This document shows, piece after piece, positions 1-13,829 of a stretch of DNA of 64,000 nt (within the stretch, counting starts at the first letter, position 1; every line of letters begins with the position of its first letter). Source of the stretch: Epiperipatus broadwayi (lineage: Eukaryota; Animalia; Onychophora); the NCBI GenBank assembly GCA_028023455.1, contig JAQFVV010000010.1, positions 4,836,001 through 4,900,000 on the forward strand. The letters are read 5' to 3'. Made by a program: the position numbers and the translations under genes. The notes under the pieces are model-generated. The model searched no databases, was not told the DNA's origin, and saw only the letters and a program-made list of their open reading frames with translations.

Positions 1-215
1 AAATCTTAAACTGGATATGAAGATATTGTAGAAGACCTACAAAGAAATACATGAGATGGAGGGCTGAAATAAGGAAATTTATTAATATGATATGGAGAAA
101 AGATTCTATGGACTGGGAAAACTGGATTAAATTTGAAGAGACTTTTCATTCTGCAGTGGATCAATAATTACTAAAAATGATAGATATTAATTTATTATTA
201 TTATTATTTTATTTT
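1..215 (+). mobile_element. 3' end of an RTE-clade LINE with (TTA)n-like tail
   Basis: AAACTGGATTAAATTTGAAGAGACTTTT is shared with the RTE 3' end near 26073-26100 and is followed by TTA repeats. Confidence 0.65.
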
Positions 216-440
216 ATACCAAGTTAAATAATTTTTTATAGTTCTATTAAAATTTACTACTAGCTAAACTCTCCTTTATAATCTAAATCTGTGTGTGTTC
301 ATGAAAACTGACCTCCTTTATCCATGGCAATATGAATAGAATTTTTCACTAAATAGTTTTCATAAGCATATATTATAATAATCAACAAAGCAAGTCATAT
401 ATAACGTGACATTACTTTTATAAGCTTGTATTTACAAAAA

Positions 441-590
441 TGTAATACAGAGAACATACCAATAGCTCAAACAAGCTCTTAATTGATAAGTGCAGTATGA
501 GAAAATATTTAAAATCTATCCAGAACCTTCCCATCTCCAGACCAACTGATTTCGAGCTTATGGCTCACATCAGTGGAGAGCTAGAATATT
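441..590 (-). mobile_element. Hammerhead-bearing dispersed repeat, family C, copy 1
   Basis: About 150 bp homologous to 58501-58645 (CCAATAGCTC-AACAAGCT...AAATCTATC-AGAA). Confidence 0.7.
534..579 (-). ncRNA. Type I hammerhead ribozyme motif (family C, A9U variant)
   Basis: Minus strand reads UCUCCA CUGAUG U GAGC CAUAA GCUC GAAA UC AGUU G GUC UGGAGA: 6-bp stem I, 4-bp stem II, 3-bp stem III and a GUC triplet. Confidence 0.7.
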
Positions 591-1294
591 CGGACACTAG
601 ATCTAAAACATCAACTCAAAACCCAGCACTTATTTCATACTTAATAATTTAAGTAGAAACTCTGAAATTTTCGGACATGAAAATGTCTTTAAATCCAGCT
701 ATCTAACTTAAATAGCTATATGGAACTGAACTAAATTCAGATCTACCATACATGAGCATATATTGCAAAATTTATATAGCTTATATAATTGACAAATATA
801 AAAAATATAATTCACTTTTCAGATTTGAATAATTCTGAAAGTTACCCATATCCCTCATTTTGATAGAATCAGGTTACTTTAAATAAAATATCTAAACACT
901 TGAAATTATTCAATATTATTACTTTGCTCTACATATGTGTATTTTAGAAATATGTACTTCTATATGATATAATTGGTTTATTTACTTTGGCTATATTTTA
1001 TTTAATTTTTGATAACCATGTTGTCATAATATTGGAATTTCTGGCTTAAATCCTTTTTATTAGTTTAAGCTCTGCTTGTTTTTATGTTCATCTAAACTAA
1101 ACTGTCTGTTGGAATAATGACTTGCTTCTTGCCATCGGAATATAAAGCTGCAATTTTGCATAATGAATTGTGTAGTTATTAGCATACAATCCTCCTATTG
1201 ATGTAATATCATTACATAAAAAAAAATTATTTAAAGATATATCAAGATCACAAGACCAATCAATGAATTTGTTAGTTTTCTGTATGCAATATAG

Positions 1295-1365
1295 ACTCTA
1301 CAATTGTAAACGCATGTCATCTTTGGATCAAATAATGAAGGGAAAGAAGAGTGGCAGACTTTATG
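1295..1365 (+). CDS. TRERF1: Candidate upstream coding exon of the TRERF1-like gene (LYNCKRMSSLDQIMKGKKSGRLY)
   Basis: AG/GT bounded, open frame, and its phase-1 end joins exon 7856 in frame. The peptide itself is not recognised. Confidence 0.45.
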
Positions 1366-2065
1366 GTAAACTTAATTATGTTTTTTATATGGACCAGTCC
1401 CCAATCACTTTATAAAAATTATTTAAAGATATTTTAAAGAAAGGAATATTAATTGCTTTCATTGAGAAGACATGGTTGAGAATAAAATACAATTGAAAAC
1501 TACATTTTTAAAAAACTGACTTGAGACCCAATTTTCACAATAACTTCAGTTTTAATAATGTTAGAGCAAAATGCTATATATTAACAGAAAATAGAAAAAC
1601 TAAGGAAGCAATAAGGCTAAGGCAAATAGTGATTACCATTAAAAAAGTAAGGAAAAAAAAGAAATTTCAACATCCTAAATAATTATTACTTTATTGTTGG
1701 TTCATAATTTCTAATTTATCATTAATTAAGTTTAAATTACATCTTCATTGATAACTTATTTGTATTCCTCAGAAAATTCTCATTCAAACCATATATAATA
1801 TTTTTTACCTGAGGTAATCCATAGGTTCAGAATCTACAAAAATAGTTGTATAAGAATTCTTCATTTTTATCTTGTAAACCAAAAGTTAACAAATCTCAAG
1901 AGTCTAAGAAAAAAATTCATCCTAATAAAAGATACAAAAAATAAATAATTTCCAGAAGGTAAATATGCATTTGTCATCATAGCAATTGGCTTCTTCTCTA
2001 TCCAAAACTAGAAATTAAAGGCTACTGTCTATATCAATGATAAAACTAGTTTCATCTTTTCATTT

Positions 2066-2204
2066 TAATAATAATTAGCATTAAGCTAATGCACATGCAC
2101 TTTGTAGATCTTAACAATAAATGAATACTCTCATCATGAGAGTATTCATTTATAGTTAAGATCTACAAAGCGCATGTGCATTAGCTTAATGCTAATTATT
2201 ATTA
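2066..2204. repeat. 139-bp near-perfect palindrome
   Basis: 69-bp arms around a single C at 2135 with two mismatches. Confidence 0.95.
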
Positions 2205-2744
2205 CAATTTAAAACATCGCGCTATATAAAATAAATATCTTCTTTTCATTTTATATTTTTTGTGTAAACCAGTGATGCTTATATTTTTTGTGCACATCAG
2301 TGATGTTATTTTGTACAATTTATTTGAATTAGCTCATTTGCTAGCTATAGATTTGAAAATAATGTGATGCATTATGTGGCAAAACTACTGATTCCACAGC
2401 ATAAGTACCAAGGCATAGGCAAGAATCCGGATTTGAGTCTTTTCCTGCATACAATTCCATGTGATATACATAACCATTGTGGCTATTACCGCACACATCA
2501 TTTGAAACCTCTCTTTATTGATTTTATGAGTTTATATTTTTACATAGTACTATGCCCAGTAAATTTTGTGATTGCTTTATCAACATGTGGTTGTTTTCTC
2601 TTAGCGTGTTGAAACCGCTTGAGGATGTAATTTCTGTGCAAAATGCACAGAAATATGCCGTTTAAGTGGCTGTGATGCTATGTAACGTTCTATTCCAATG
2701 GTTAAGGATAGAAATAGTCCGTTTACTTGTCTGCAGCGTCTATT

Positions 2745-3065
2745 TCTATGCTACAGCACAGAAATAGGACGTTTATTCTGCCGCATAGGACAACGTCACT
2801 TACAGTGAACTTTGGGTTGCGCAATTTATACGAACAATCCCATTTTAAATTTAACTATGCTATCTATTTCTATGCTACAATACAGAAGTAGGACATATAT
2901 ATTCTGCCGCAGTTTATACGAACAATCCCATTATTAACATTTTGGTATAGGTATTTACAGCACAGAAGTAGGATGTTTATTCTGCCGCATGCAGCGGCCG
3001 CTGCCGCTTACAGTGAACTTTGTGTTATGCAGTTTCTACGAACAATTCCATTTTAAATTTCGCTA
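2745..3065 (+). repeat. Three imperfect ~100-bp tandem units in a CpG-retaining segment (probable DNA-transposon interior, about 2210-3303)
   Basis: CAGAA(A/G)TAGGA...TATTCTGCCGCA...TACGAACAAT-CCATT occurs three times. Confidence 0.7.
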
Positions 3066-6000
3066 TGGTATTTTGTGAGGGTGTCTGTAATTGAGACTAT
3101 CAAAAGTCTTCAAATTCGCACGCCCAAGTCATTATTTTCCAAATCCAATGATGAAATATGAGGTAATAAAAATTGTGGAAACTTTGCCCCGCTTCTCTAA
3201 ATAAGGGTGACACCTTAATCAATTGTCAAAGGGGAGGTGTAAGCGTGATTTTTACGAAATCATGCTAAAATTCACGTTTGCGTGAGATAAATGCACTCCT
3301 GTATAATACCTTAATTTTATTTATAAAAATCATTACTTGTTATACAAACACAGACATGCAAGTGCAAACACAAACATACTAATACAAATATAAACACACA
3401 CTAATAAATTATTAAATCTTTTATAAAATAAGATTGCCTCAAACTTGAATTAGAGCCCCAAAATTACATGTACATAAACCACTACATTTTATTTGAATAC
3501 AAGTATAATTTATATACTATACAGACACACTAATATAAATGCAAACACATTAATAAATTATACATTTATCAAATAATAAATACTATACAAATAATAAAAA
3601 CATTTAAAATAATACTATGCAAATAAAAAAAAAAAATTAAAATTGAATACTTTTGCCCGATATTCTGATATTAAGTTTTTATCAGGACGAAGGCCTTGAA
3701 TCATCGAGACATCTTTAATCCAGTTTATTACAGTGTCTTGCCAATATGAAAATTGTACCTTTGTCTTCTTCATGCAATCTAGTAAACTGAGCAGAAAAGA
3801 AAAAAAATTAAATGAACCTATTAATAAAAATATTAATAAAAAATCCAGATTCTGTCCAATTTTAACATGTCATGTGCTATTTTAAAAAGAAACTAAAGCT
3901 GTGGAGAATTATGGGTTTTTAATAAACATCATTCTAATGATTAAAGAAAACAAGAAATCTTAATTTCAGCGAATCATCTGCTGCGAGCGGCAATCAGACT
4001 ACTATCACTGAAGCTGATTAAAAAGATGTGTACATTTTTTAAAAAGTAAAATATGTTGTACAAATTAAAAAACACCATAACATGTCACATAATTAGTCTA
4101 AAGAACTATTGTGTCATATATATGGATTTTATAAATCAATTTGTTTCACAAATTAATGTGTATAGTCATCACAAAACTCATCTTTAACTTTTTGTTTATT
4201 CCCCCTTCCCCATTTACAGTCAATTTGATCATACTTCTTTACAATGGGATGCTAATAATGATATATATAGATTAGATAAGTAATATCTTTTGTTGAAATT
4301 CATGTTCAAATTTTCATTTTGATGTTTTTACAAAATATTGGACATCATTATTTTAATTTATCTACAATTCCTATCATTAATTATTTTGTAGAAAAATAAT
4401 GATAAAAATGCCAATTTCCCTAAAAATTATTATGCTATCAATCAAAATTAAGCAAAAATAACTAATAAACTTTAGACTCAAATCCTTTTTCCAAATCAGT
4501 ATATAAATTACTAAAATAATTCTTAGTCTTTTGAATAAATTAATGTTATAATTTCTGCTTGTTAATCAGTAGAATATTTTTAACTTTAGTCAGTTTCACA
4601 GTATTTTAGAAAATAGTATAAAACTCATTTGAAGATTTTTTTTAATAAATGCAGTTAGATTATTTTTTTGCAATCACCAATTTAACAAAGTGTTTTAAAT
4701 GATTCATTTTAAAGACCAATATAAAATTCATTTAATTATTATTTCAGTGCATAATTTTTACATATTTATTATTAACAATTAATAATTATCTGCACATAAA
4801 TAATTGAATAAAAATATAAATATAGAATATTATCATAAATATACTTATAACTTATCATTTCTCCATAAATATTTTAAACATATGAATAAAGAGATCTAAA
4901 AATAATAATGATCCCAAGATGCATTTTTTGTTGAATAACCTTTAACATATTTTCATTATCGTCATTCAGTATTTATTGATATTTAATTATAATTTAATCT
5001 AAAGATGGCAAGTTTTCTACACTCCTAACTATAATACCATCCTCCCTGGATAAATATCATAATGATTACTATTAATCATTTATGATAGTTCATAGTTACA
5101 AGTGCAGTAAATTTCACCTTTAGATTAAACTATAATAATTTGGTATTGATAAATATGAAGCAATGATAATAAAGACATTCCTGAGAGTGATTGTAACCTA
5201 GGCGAACTGAAGAGTACTAATTTGTCATAAAAAGCATTTTATATTTACATAGTTGGGGGGGGGGGGTGGCATTGTTTATCTTTTTTAGATGTCTTTATTT
5301 ATGTGATTAAAATATGTGTAATGAAAGTTATAAATAGGTTTAAGATATTATATATAGAGCTCGAAAATAAGCTCTTAACAAGCTTTGCAGAATATCCCCA
5401 ATAACATTTAACATTTGTAATACAAGCTTGTTAAATTGGTCATGTGACATATTTTTTTGTAATATGTTTAAGATATAATATATGAAAAAAAAAGAGAAAT
5501 AGAGTTGAATTAATTCTTTTATGTGATTGTATTTAATAGATATATTAATCTTTAATTAAAATTTTAAAGGGATATATACTGTGGCTAAAAATGATGTGAT
5601 AATTTCTAGCTTTATAAATGATTAATTATAATCATTGTGATATTTATCAAGAAGAGTAATGTCATAGCTGTGAGTGCAGGAAGTTTGGCATCTTTACATT
5701 AAACTATAATAAAATAATATTGCTGAATAAATGATAAATTGTTAATTTTGTTATCAATAATAAACAATGATTTTTTTATATCTACAAGATGTTCAATGAT
5801 TAGTATAACAATAATGAACTTTTAAATTTTTACATGCAGCATATTATATTATAAAGAAGCTTTGTATACAGAGAGTTTTTTCATAGAAATATACTTGCAT
5901 TATTTAACTCATTTTACTCCTTAATTTTATAAAATTATATAATTAAAAAATAAAAATGAATTCAAATATATTTAATTTAGAGATTAAAAAATCATATAGA

Positions 6001-7855
6001 AGCAGGATTTGAATTACTTAATAAATAATATTAATAATGTTTTTTTTTTTCAGTTTTTTTATGATCTGATATTAATTGTTAAATGTTTTTAGAAAAATTA
6101 AACTTTTTAAATACATTCAACTATTGGTGATAGCATACAGTTAGTATATAACACATACCTAGCTTCTTTGTTTATAATTACTAAAAGGTGAATATCTGAA
6201 AAGTTTAAATAAAGTTTGAATTTTTCTAAAAACATTTAACAAGTATTAAATGATGGAAATAGTTCAACATATAATTACAATTAAAATACCATAAGCACAA
6301 ACTTTCAGACATTAAAAAAAAAAGTCTATTTGTGAATTGATCCAGGTCATTAGTATTGGTGATTTACATCAAACCCTTCCAAGTACATTGTGATTTAATG
6401 TAATAATTAATTGTTTGTACAATTCTAAAATTTATTCTGAATAAATAAATGCCAGGCAAGATAAAAGTGTAAGAATTTTGTTCAATTAGAATAATATGCA
6501 AATTGCTATGACATAGCCCATTATGTATAAATGAAATTCAACTACAATAGTGTGAATCCAGCATCAAATATTCTGATACTCTTTTATTCAGATCAAGTAT
6601 TATGGGAGGGGGGGGGAGTACTGCGAATGTGCATTATCACCATTCTTAATTAATGTTTTATTTAATTTAAATACATTCATTTTTTTTTTAAAAAAATATC
6701 AATAATAGACTTATGACAATAAATTAATATACTACCATTTTAAAACATTTTTAAAAACCTGTTCATTAAGTATCCATAATTGATTTGAGCACTATGCTTC
6801 TATTTATCTTTTTTTAATATATCCAACATTTCTGCTTTATTCACAATTTTTATTTTTTTTCCAAGAAAAGAGCAAATGAAATTTTTAAATATTTAACATA
6901 CATTTTTTCCAATTATAGAACATTATTGGGGAAAAAAGTGATTGAAAAAAATTAATTAAGAGATAGGAGACATATTGATGAATTATTACTTCATATCCTA
7001 TTAATCTAGGAAAGTTACTAATCCAGGAACACTAATTAACAAAGACTGTTGGAGTAACAATGAACAAATTGATATTTGGCAAAATATTATTAATCCTTCT
7101 TTTCAAATTCAGCCCTTTGAATGTTCATGACCGCCAGATATTATTTTAGGATGTATCAGTATTATTTAAGTAACATTTTTTATTTAATCTTGGATACACA
7201 TGCATTAAACATATACCATAATACAACAAATAATCTAATATTTACACACATTTTAAAATAAAATTAATGGGAAAAAAATGTAAATGAGTAATTTAATATA
7301 TTTATTGATACAAATGCCATGTTTCTATTTTTTTACTAACAAAAAAAATAAAAAATTTTAAAAGCATGGAACACTCATGCTTAGAAATACTTTTGGTTAT
7401 ACCTTGCATAAATAGAAATTATATTTTTAATAATTTTAATAAATATGTCATTTATTCACAAATCAGATTCCCAAAGAATTATTTAAATAAACTTGAAAAT
7501 AACATCTACTTTTTTGTACTAATGCCAATCTATTAAAAATCATTTTTTATCTGATGAATAGAATGGTATTCATGCAAGAAAATTAGCTTTAATTGCAGAT
7601 TTATTTAAATAATTTTTGGAGGAATCTGATTTGTGAATTAATATAGTAGCAAAACTGAAGAATATTAAATTTAAAATGTTAAATTATAATTTTTGATTGA
7701 TAAAAATTCCATAATTTAATATATAACTACAAGTAAAACATCATCACAAACCTTCAGTTAGATGGGGGGGGGGTAATTAATTAGTAATTTTTTTTGCTAC
7801 ATATAAAAACAAATATAAAGAATGAATTACACTTAATATCTGTTTAAATTTGCAG

Positions 7856-7911
7856 CCACCATATACAACTGCTTTAAAGACAAGGAGGCTTGGGAGCGGA
7901 GGTGTTTAAAA
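7856..7911 (+). CDS. TRERF1: Candidate coding exon (TIYNCFKDKEAWERRCLK)
   Basis: TTTGCAG acceptor, weak GTATAT donor, GC above the background, phase-compatible with both neighbouring exons. Confidence 0.5.
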
Positions 7912-8073
7912 GTATATTTTGAATAACTTTTAATCTGGCACATCTCTAATTTGAGAAGTCTTGACAATCAAGAATGCCAGATTAATCATGTTGCAACTTT
8001 TAATATAATAATATGCTTTTAATTTCTTAATAATTAATTTTTATTATTCTCATCTTTTTTTTTTTCTTTTTAG

Positions 8074-8105
8074 TTACCTTTTCCTTTAACTAATTCAACT
8101 TTCAG
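8074..8105 (+). CDS. TRERF1: 32-nt coding micro-exon (LPFPLTNSTF-R)
   Basis: Long polypyrimidine tract plus TAG, strong CAG/GTAAGA donor, and a phase-2 end matching exon 15145. Confidence 0.6.
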
Positions 8106-8502
8106 GTAAGATATAATTTTATTGTTGATTTCTAGTATATAAATTACTTGTATGTCTATATATGTAATCTTGATTTAATTATACTCTCAGCAAAAATAAA
8201 GATTTTATTATCAGCTTTCATGGCATATATTTACAATTGGAAATATTGAAGATATGAAAAGTACAAAGATGAATCTGATTAAATATAAAGGAGACAGTTT
8301 ACTGTGACAACATGAGAGGCATTTGATACAGTTGATGCTAAAATACATGTGTATGCAGATTTAACCTCCTTGAATTATTTACCAATAAATTATCCTCCAA
8401 TCAAAAGATTTATTAAGGTAGTTGGAGATTAAATTAAAAAGAAAAACGAAGCAAATTTCTGTATATTTAAAGATTTCCTTGTTTTTTTTAAAAAAGGGTA
8501 AT

Positions 8503-11500
8503 TGTACTGGAGAATAAATACTTTAAAATACTTGTTATATAATTAGAGAGGAATTTAATTAAAACCTGTTAACTATGATTAATTAATCTTCTCTTTCTCC
8601 CCGCATAGTTAAAATTACTACAAAGTAATAAATAATATTTAGAAGTAAGTGCAAATCAGAGATTTCTGCTTTTTTTATGCATCGTTCTTCTGCTACTACT
8701 TTGAAAATAATTGTTTTGGATTAGTGCAAAAACCAGAGAGATCCATCTCCAAAGATATCAAAATGGTTCTAGAGTTATTTAAAGGCATCATCAGTCTTAT
8801 TTGTATATGCTTTCAGATAAATAATTGTAAATGTCTTTGTTAATATGAAATTGTAACATTGATGTATATTCTTATTATTAGCAATTGTTATACTTTTATA
8901 TATATTTCATTAAATGGCTAATTGTTTATTAAATTTATTTAAAGTATTTGTTTGTCCTGAATTTCATGGTTATTCCCATTTAGCAAGATAATGCAATTGG
9001 CAAAGTCAAAGAATCTAGAATGTAATTGTAAATGAAAATTGAATTTTGTTCTTATTAATAATAATGGTCTATGTAATGCAAATGTCAATCAGAAATTGAG
9101 ATATCAAGAATGATGTTAATTGGTTATTGTATATTAAACATGTAGGAAAGTTTTTTCTAGTCAACAATATTAAAGAAGACTATGTAAAAGTAGCCACATT
9201 GTTGAAATTCTTTGGATTAAAAATAACAGAAATTGCAAATTGTTTACATGAACCAGTGGAATCGGAAAGCTTTCCTACAATGAAGTGATAAAAAAGTTAT
9301 ATGCATATTTTTGCTCTCCTCCCTCAAAACATCTTTTGATGTTACCCAGTGAAGAATTTCAAAAAATATGGTATGGCTCTCAGAGATTTGGCAAAAATTG
9401 TGTTTACAGCCAAGCCCTATTAGACCAATTGCTTTAAACTATGTCCGTAATTTAATTTAGAGAGTAATTATTTGCAGATATGGACCTAAGTTATAAGGAA
9501 GCGATTAAAAAAGGTATCGCACATGAATTGTTGCTTTATCAGGCCAAGTTGTAAGTTGATTTCACATTATTAAAAAAATATCTGAACAAAAGTAAAACAA
9601 AAATGCAGCAGACTGTAAACAATAGTAATTTTGACTGATATTGTTGTGGTAAACCAGACTACAGAGTTTTAAATGATGTGTAATCAAGTGAACAATATGA
9701 ATTGTAGACTGAAGAGCTATCTAACAACAGTATCCCATAAACTTAAAACGGACAGAAAAATCAAAGTTAGTCTTAAAATTTTAAATCACAATTGTAATGA
9801 AGCAGAACTCCTTTGGCTTCCAGTTTTAATTGAAGGTAAATATTTTGATATGGAGATTGACAGTGGTTCAGGTGTTGAATTAATGTCTTTTGAAGATTGG
9901 AAATAGATATGAATACCCAAAAATTAAAAAAAAAAAATTCGAGAGCTAAAAACGTAAATGACAATATTGTAGAAATAATTGAAATTGTTATAATAGAAGT
10001 AAAATTAAACGCATTCTTGTTTATAATTTCCACAAAGATAAATCTGTTAATAGGCCAGAATTGATTTAAACCTCTCAAGGTAAATGTCAGTGTCATAAAA
10101 AAGTATTAACATTGAAAAAGAAATCCAAAGTAAAGTTCCTGATCTATTTAACACAAAACTGGGGTGATAAAAACGCCTGTTGAATTTCAGCTTAGAGAAA
10201 ACTCAGGCCTAGTTTATATGTAAAGCCTAAAAGATGCCATTTGCACAGACAGCAAGAGTAGAAGAAGTATTTAATTATTTTTAATTCAGAAAGATACACT
10301 GAGTCTGACAGAAAATTTGATTGGGCTACTTCTATTATGATAATAACAAACCAGATGGTAAAATATGAATTTGCGGAGATTATCAGATGGCAATTAAAAA
10401 AACTTATGTAAAAGTGCATACCACTTAACTAATGCAAGAGAGATCCTAGTTTTATTACAGAAATTATTATACTTTGCCAAACTCAATCTTCAAGCGCATT
10501 TCGCCAAATATGTATGTTTAAAGAGAGACCTCTGACTTGTTACAATTACAACTCACTTGAGATTGTGGGATTAATGTGGCACAGAACATTTTTCAGATGA
10601 AGGCAAATATTATTTAATGGATTAGAAGGAGTAATCTCTTATTTTGACAACATACTGATAACAGCTCAGTAAACATTCTCAGAAAGAGAGTAATTTCAAA
10701 TATGTTAGAAGATTGAAAGATTTGTGTGACACTAAATGCACATAAATGTATATGGTATTTAGTTTAAATTTTGGGGTCATATCCCACACCTGCTTAAATT
10801 AGAGTGTTTAAAAAGGTGCCTAGATCAAAAAACAGAAAAGAAATTTCAAGCATTTCAGGGACAAATCTGTTACTTCCAAGTTGCCACTCAGTGCAAGCCA
10901 GAGTAATCAATGGATTCCAGAAGACTTGTGCATAAAATCCTATCTAGTACCTACTCATCCAATATTCCCAGACTATTTTTTAGCTTGTAGCTTTCGTCAG
11001 TGAGGAGCCTTAGATCTGACAGCACTGCACCTAGATTTTAGGATTGGTCAATCACCCAAGAAATTGCTTTCATTAAAACAGTCTCTGTTTACATCAGATA
11101 AATTGCTGCTGCATTACAATAGCAATCTAGATATAATATTGACTATGAACCTTTCAGATTTTAGAGCCGGAACCATCTTAACCCATCCCACCCATATATG
11201 CATTGTAATTGATGTCTAATACAGAAAAAAATTATAGTCAGCTTGATAAAGAGGCTTTGACTGTAGTTTTTGGAATTTGGAAATTTCATCAGTGCTTACA
11301 TGACTGTCATTTTGCAGCCATAATTGACCACAAACCATTGCTAGATATATTGGTAAAGATAAAAAAACCTATCTCACCATATCAGCCCATTTATGCTGTA
11401 TTTGATCACTTTTCTTAACTTATGATTACGAATTCAGCCATAAAAAAGTAGGATTGATACAATGTACTGATGTGCTTTATAAACATGAATATCAATTAGA

Positions 11501-13330
11501 TTGATAATATCCTTTCAGGGTTATTAAATAGTAAAATAGGGTCAGAGTGGATTAGCAGGGCTTCAAGGTACCAACTATTAATTAAGTCGCTTAGTAATGT
11601 CTGGCCTTTAAAACTACTTCAGATCTTGCCATTGTCTTTTTGGAATGTTCGCGAAAATGTATTTGTATTCACAAAATGCATATTAAATGGGGATAGAATA
11701 GTAATACCTCCCCAAGGTTGTTGCAAAATACTGAATACACTGTACAACAAATACATAGGAGTTTATGTACTAAAGCACTTGCTAGAAGCTACCTCTGATG
11801 GCCTAAAATTAATGAAGACATCAAGACATTTGCTTAAAAATGAACAGTGTGCCATTCACTTGCCAATTACCTAAAAAAGAATATAATGTATGCCCACAGG
11901 CTACAAATCCATGGCAATCATGTCAGTTCCTTTATAGGCCATATATTATTAATATTCGTTGATGCTTACTTTCATTGGGTAGAAACACTGATGCTGACAA
12001 GATTGTTGACCAACTAAATGAATTTTTTTTTCAATGCATAGTTATCCAGAAATGTTTGTTATGGATAACGACTCAGACTTTACTTAGAAAAAATTGAAGA
12101 TTATTTAGAAGCCCAGTCTATTAAGCATATGAGCTCACAGTGAAATCATCCTGACTATAATGAATTGGCAGAAAACACTGTTTATCAGCTGAAACTTGGA
12201 CTGTAAAAAAAAAAAATTTATGTTAAAGTGAAAGAGACAATTTATCAATATTGTTATATCAACATTCTATTCCCACAGCAGGGAATGGCAATTCTCCAGT
12301 TGAATTGCTAATGAAAAGAGAAAATTGAGGATAGAATGTTTAATGTTGGGGATAAAGTATGAGTTAAAGTTAGTTTGTGTAAAACATGGATTGACAGGAA
12401 AATTTCTAACTTACAAATTTTATAGTAGCTGTAACAACTGAAGATTATGTGATTTATAAAAGACATATAAATCACATATGCTATTGAAGTTATGGAAGCT
12501 GGGAAAACTAATCCCCAGCAGAAACAACAGTAGCCAGTCTGCTGCCACATAAACAGAAAAAGATGAGTCAGAAACTGCCCCCCCCCCCAGAAAAAAAACA
12601 CCATGAACTACAAGGAATATCAGAAAACAATATGACACCAATAGAAGGTAATGTAATGATAGGAGCAGGCAACAAAGAGAAAGAAAAATAAGATGAGAAT
12701 ATGACAGCTGACATCGACAATAAAAACGTTTAGAATGCAGAACAATAACATTGTCAAGACCTCAAAAGACAAAAAAATCTGCCCATGTATTTAAAAAACT
12801 ATTTTTGTTAAAAACTTTTTGCGGAAATGGAAAAAAAAAATTATCAACTGCAACCTAATTCTGTGTAGTGGGAGAGAAATATTATATGATTATAGAAGAA
12901 TTTAATTAAAACTTTTAACTATAATTAATTGATCTTCTCTTCCTCCGCATAGTTAAAATTATTACATAGTATGAAGTAACAAATAGGAGAACAAATTAGA
13001 GGTTCCTGCTATTTTTATGCATCACTCTTGTGCTACTCATCCTTGATTTGGACTTTTATGATTGTATTCATGATAAATCAGTGCAGAAGTGTAGCAATCT
13101 ACCTCCAAAGGTATAATATGAATCTATGGCTATTTATCAATCTCATTGGTTTTATTATTTGTATATGCCTCTGGGTAAATAGTTGTATATATTTTTTTTG
13201 TTAACATAAAATTGTAATGTCATAATAATTTTCTATGTATATTCTTATTATTAGCAATTGTTATATTTTTATATACATTTCAGTAAATGGTTAATTATTT
13301 ATTAAATTTATCAAAATGTTTGCTTGACTA
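8503..13330 (+). mobile_element. Decayed Ty3/Gypsy LTR retrotransposon
   Basis: Diverged direct LTRs at about 8503-8966 and 12866-13330. Internal fragments: protease IDSGSG (~9855), RT KPDGKI-ICGDY and YFDNILI, RNase H NYSQLDKEALTVVFG (11209-11418), integrase-like pieces at 11960-12200. Many stops and frameshifts; boundaries approximate. Confidence 0.85.
10879..11050 (-). mobile_element. Family A PLE-derived hammerhead repeat nested in the Gypsy pol (degenerate ribozyme 10965-11006)
   Basis: Homologous to the 13.9 kb and 23.3 kb copies; core CUGACGA...AAAAAUAGUC is mutated. Confidence 0.85.
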
Positions 13331-13829
13331 GGTAATGCAATACTCTAGATAGTGAGGAAAATAAATTAGATAATTTATCATTTAGTTGTCAACTTTCATA
13401 CAAATAATCAAAAATCATTTTATTCACATTTTGAGATGATTCAAGTCATTAATAAAATATATAATACTCAGAAAAATTTATGGTAAATCAGAAAGGTGAA
13501 TTATTCAGCATTACAAAGAAGGTGTATCTAGAAATATGAAAAATTCAGAAGATTGCTAAAGAAATATTTATATTAGCTTGGAAATAAATCACTTTGAAAT
13601 AGATAGTTTGTTGAGCATGTAATTCCTTGAGATACTAGACCATCTTATATTTTGGAAAAACTAGACTAGTCATAAATGGTTACATTGTCTGTATATCACA
13701 AACTTTTGATAAGAAATCTTTAAAATTAGCTTGTGAATCCTCTCAATAATAATTGCTTCCAGATTTTACTTCTTAATGAAAAAAGGAATCTCAGATTTAT
13801 ACCCAGCTCATAAATATCTGTTATTAAAA

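Noticed and set aside
8750-8790. CUGAUGA on the minus strand of the Gypsy LTR
   Set aside because: No stem II and no properly placed GAAA.
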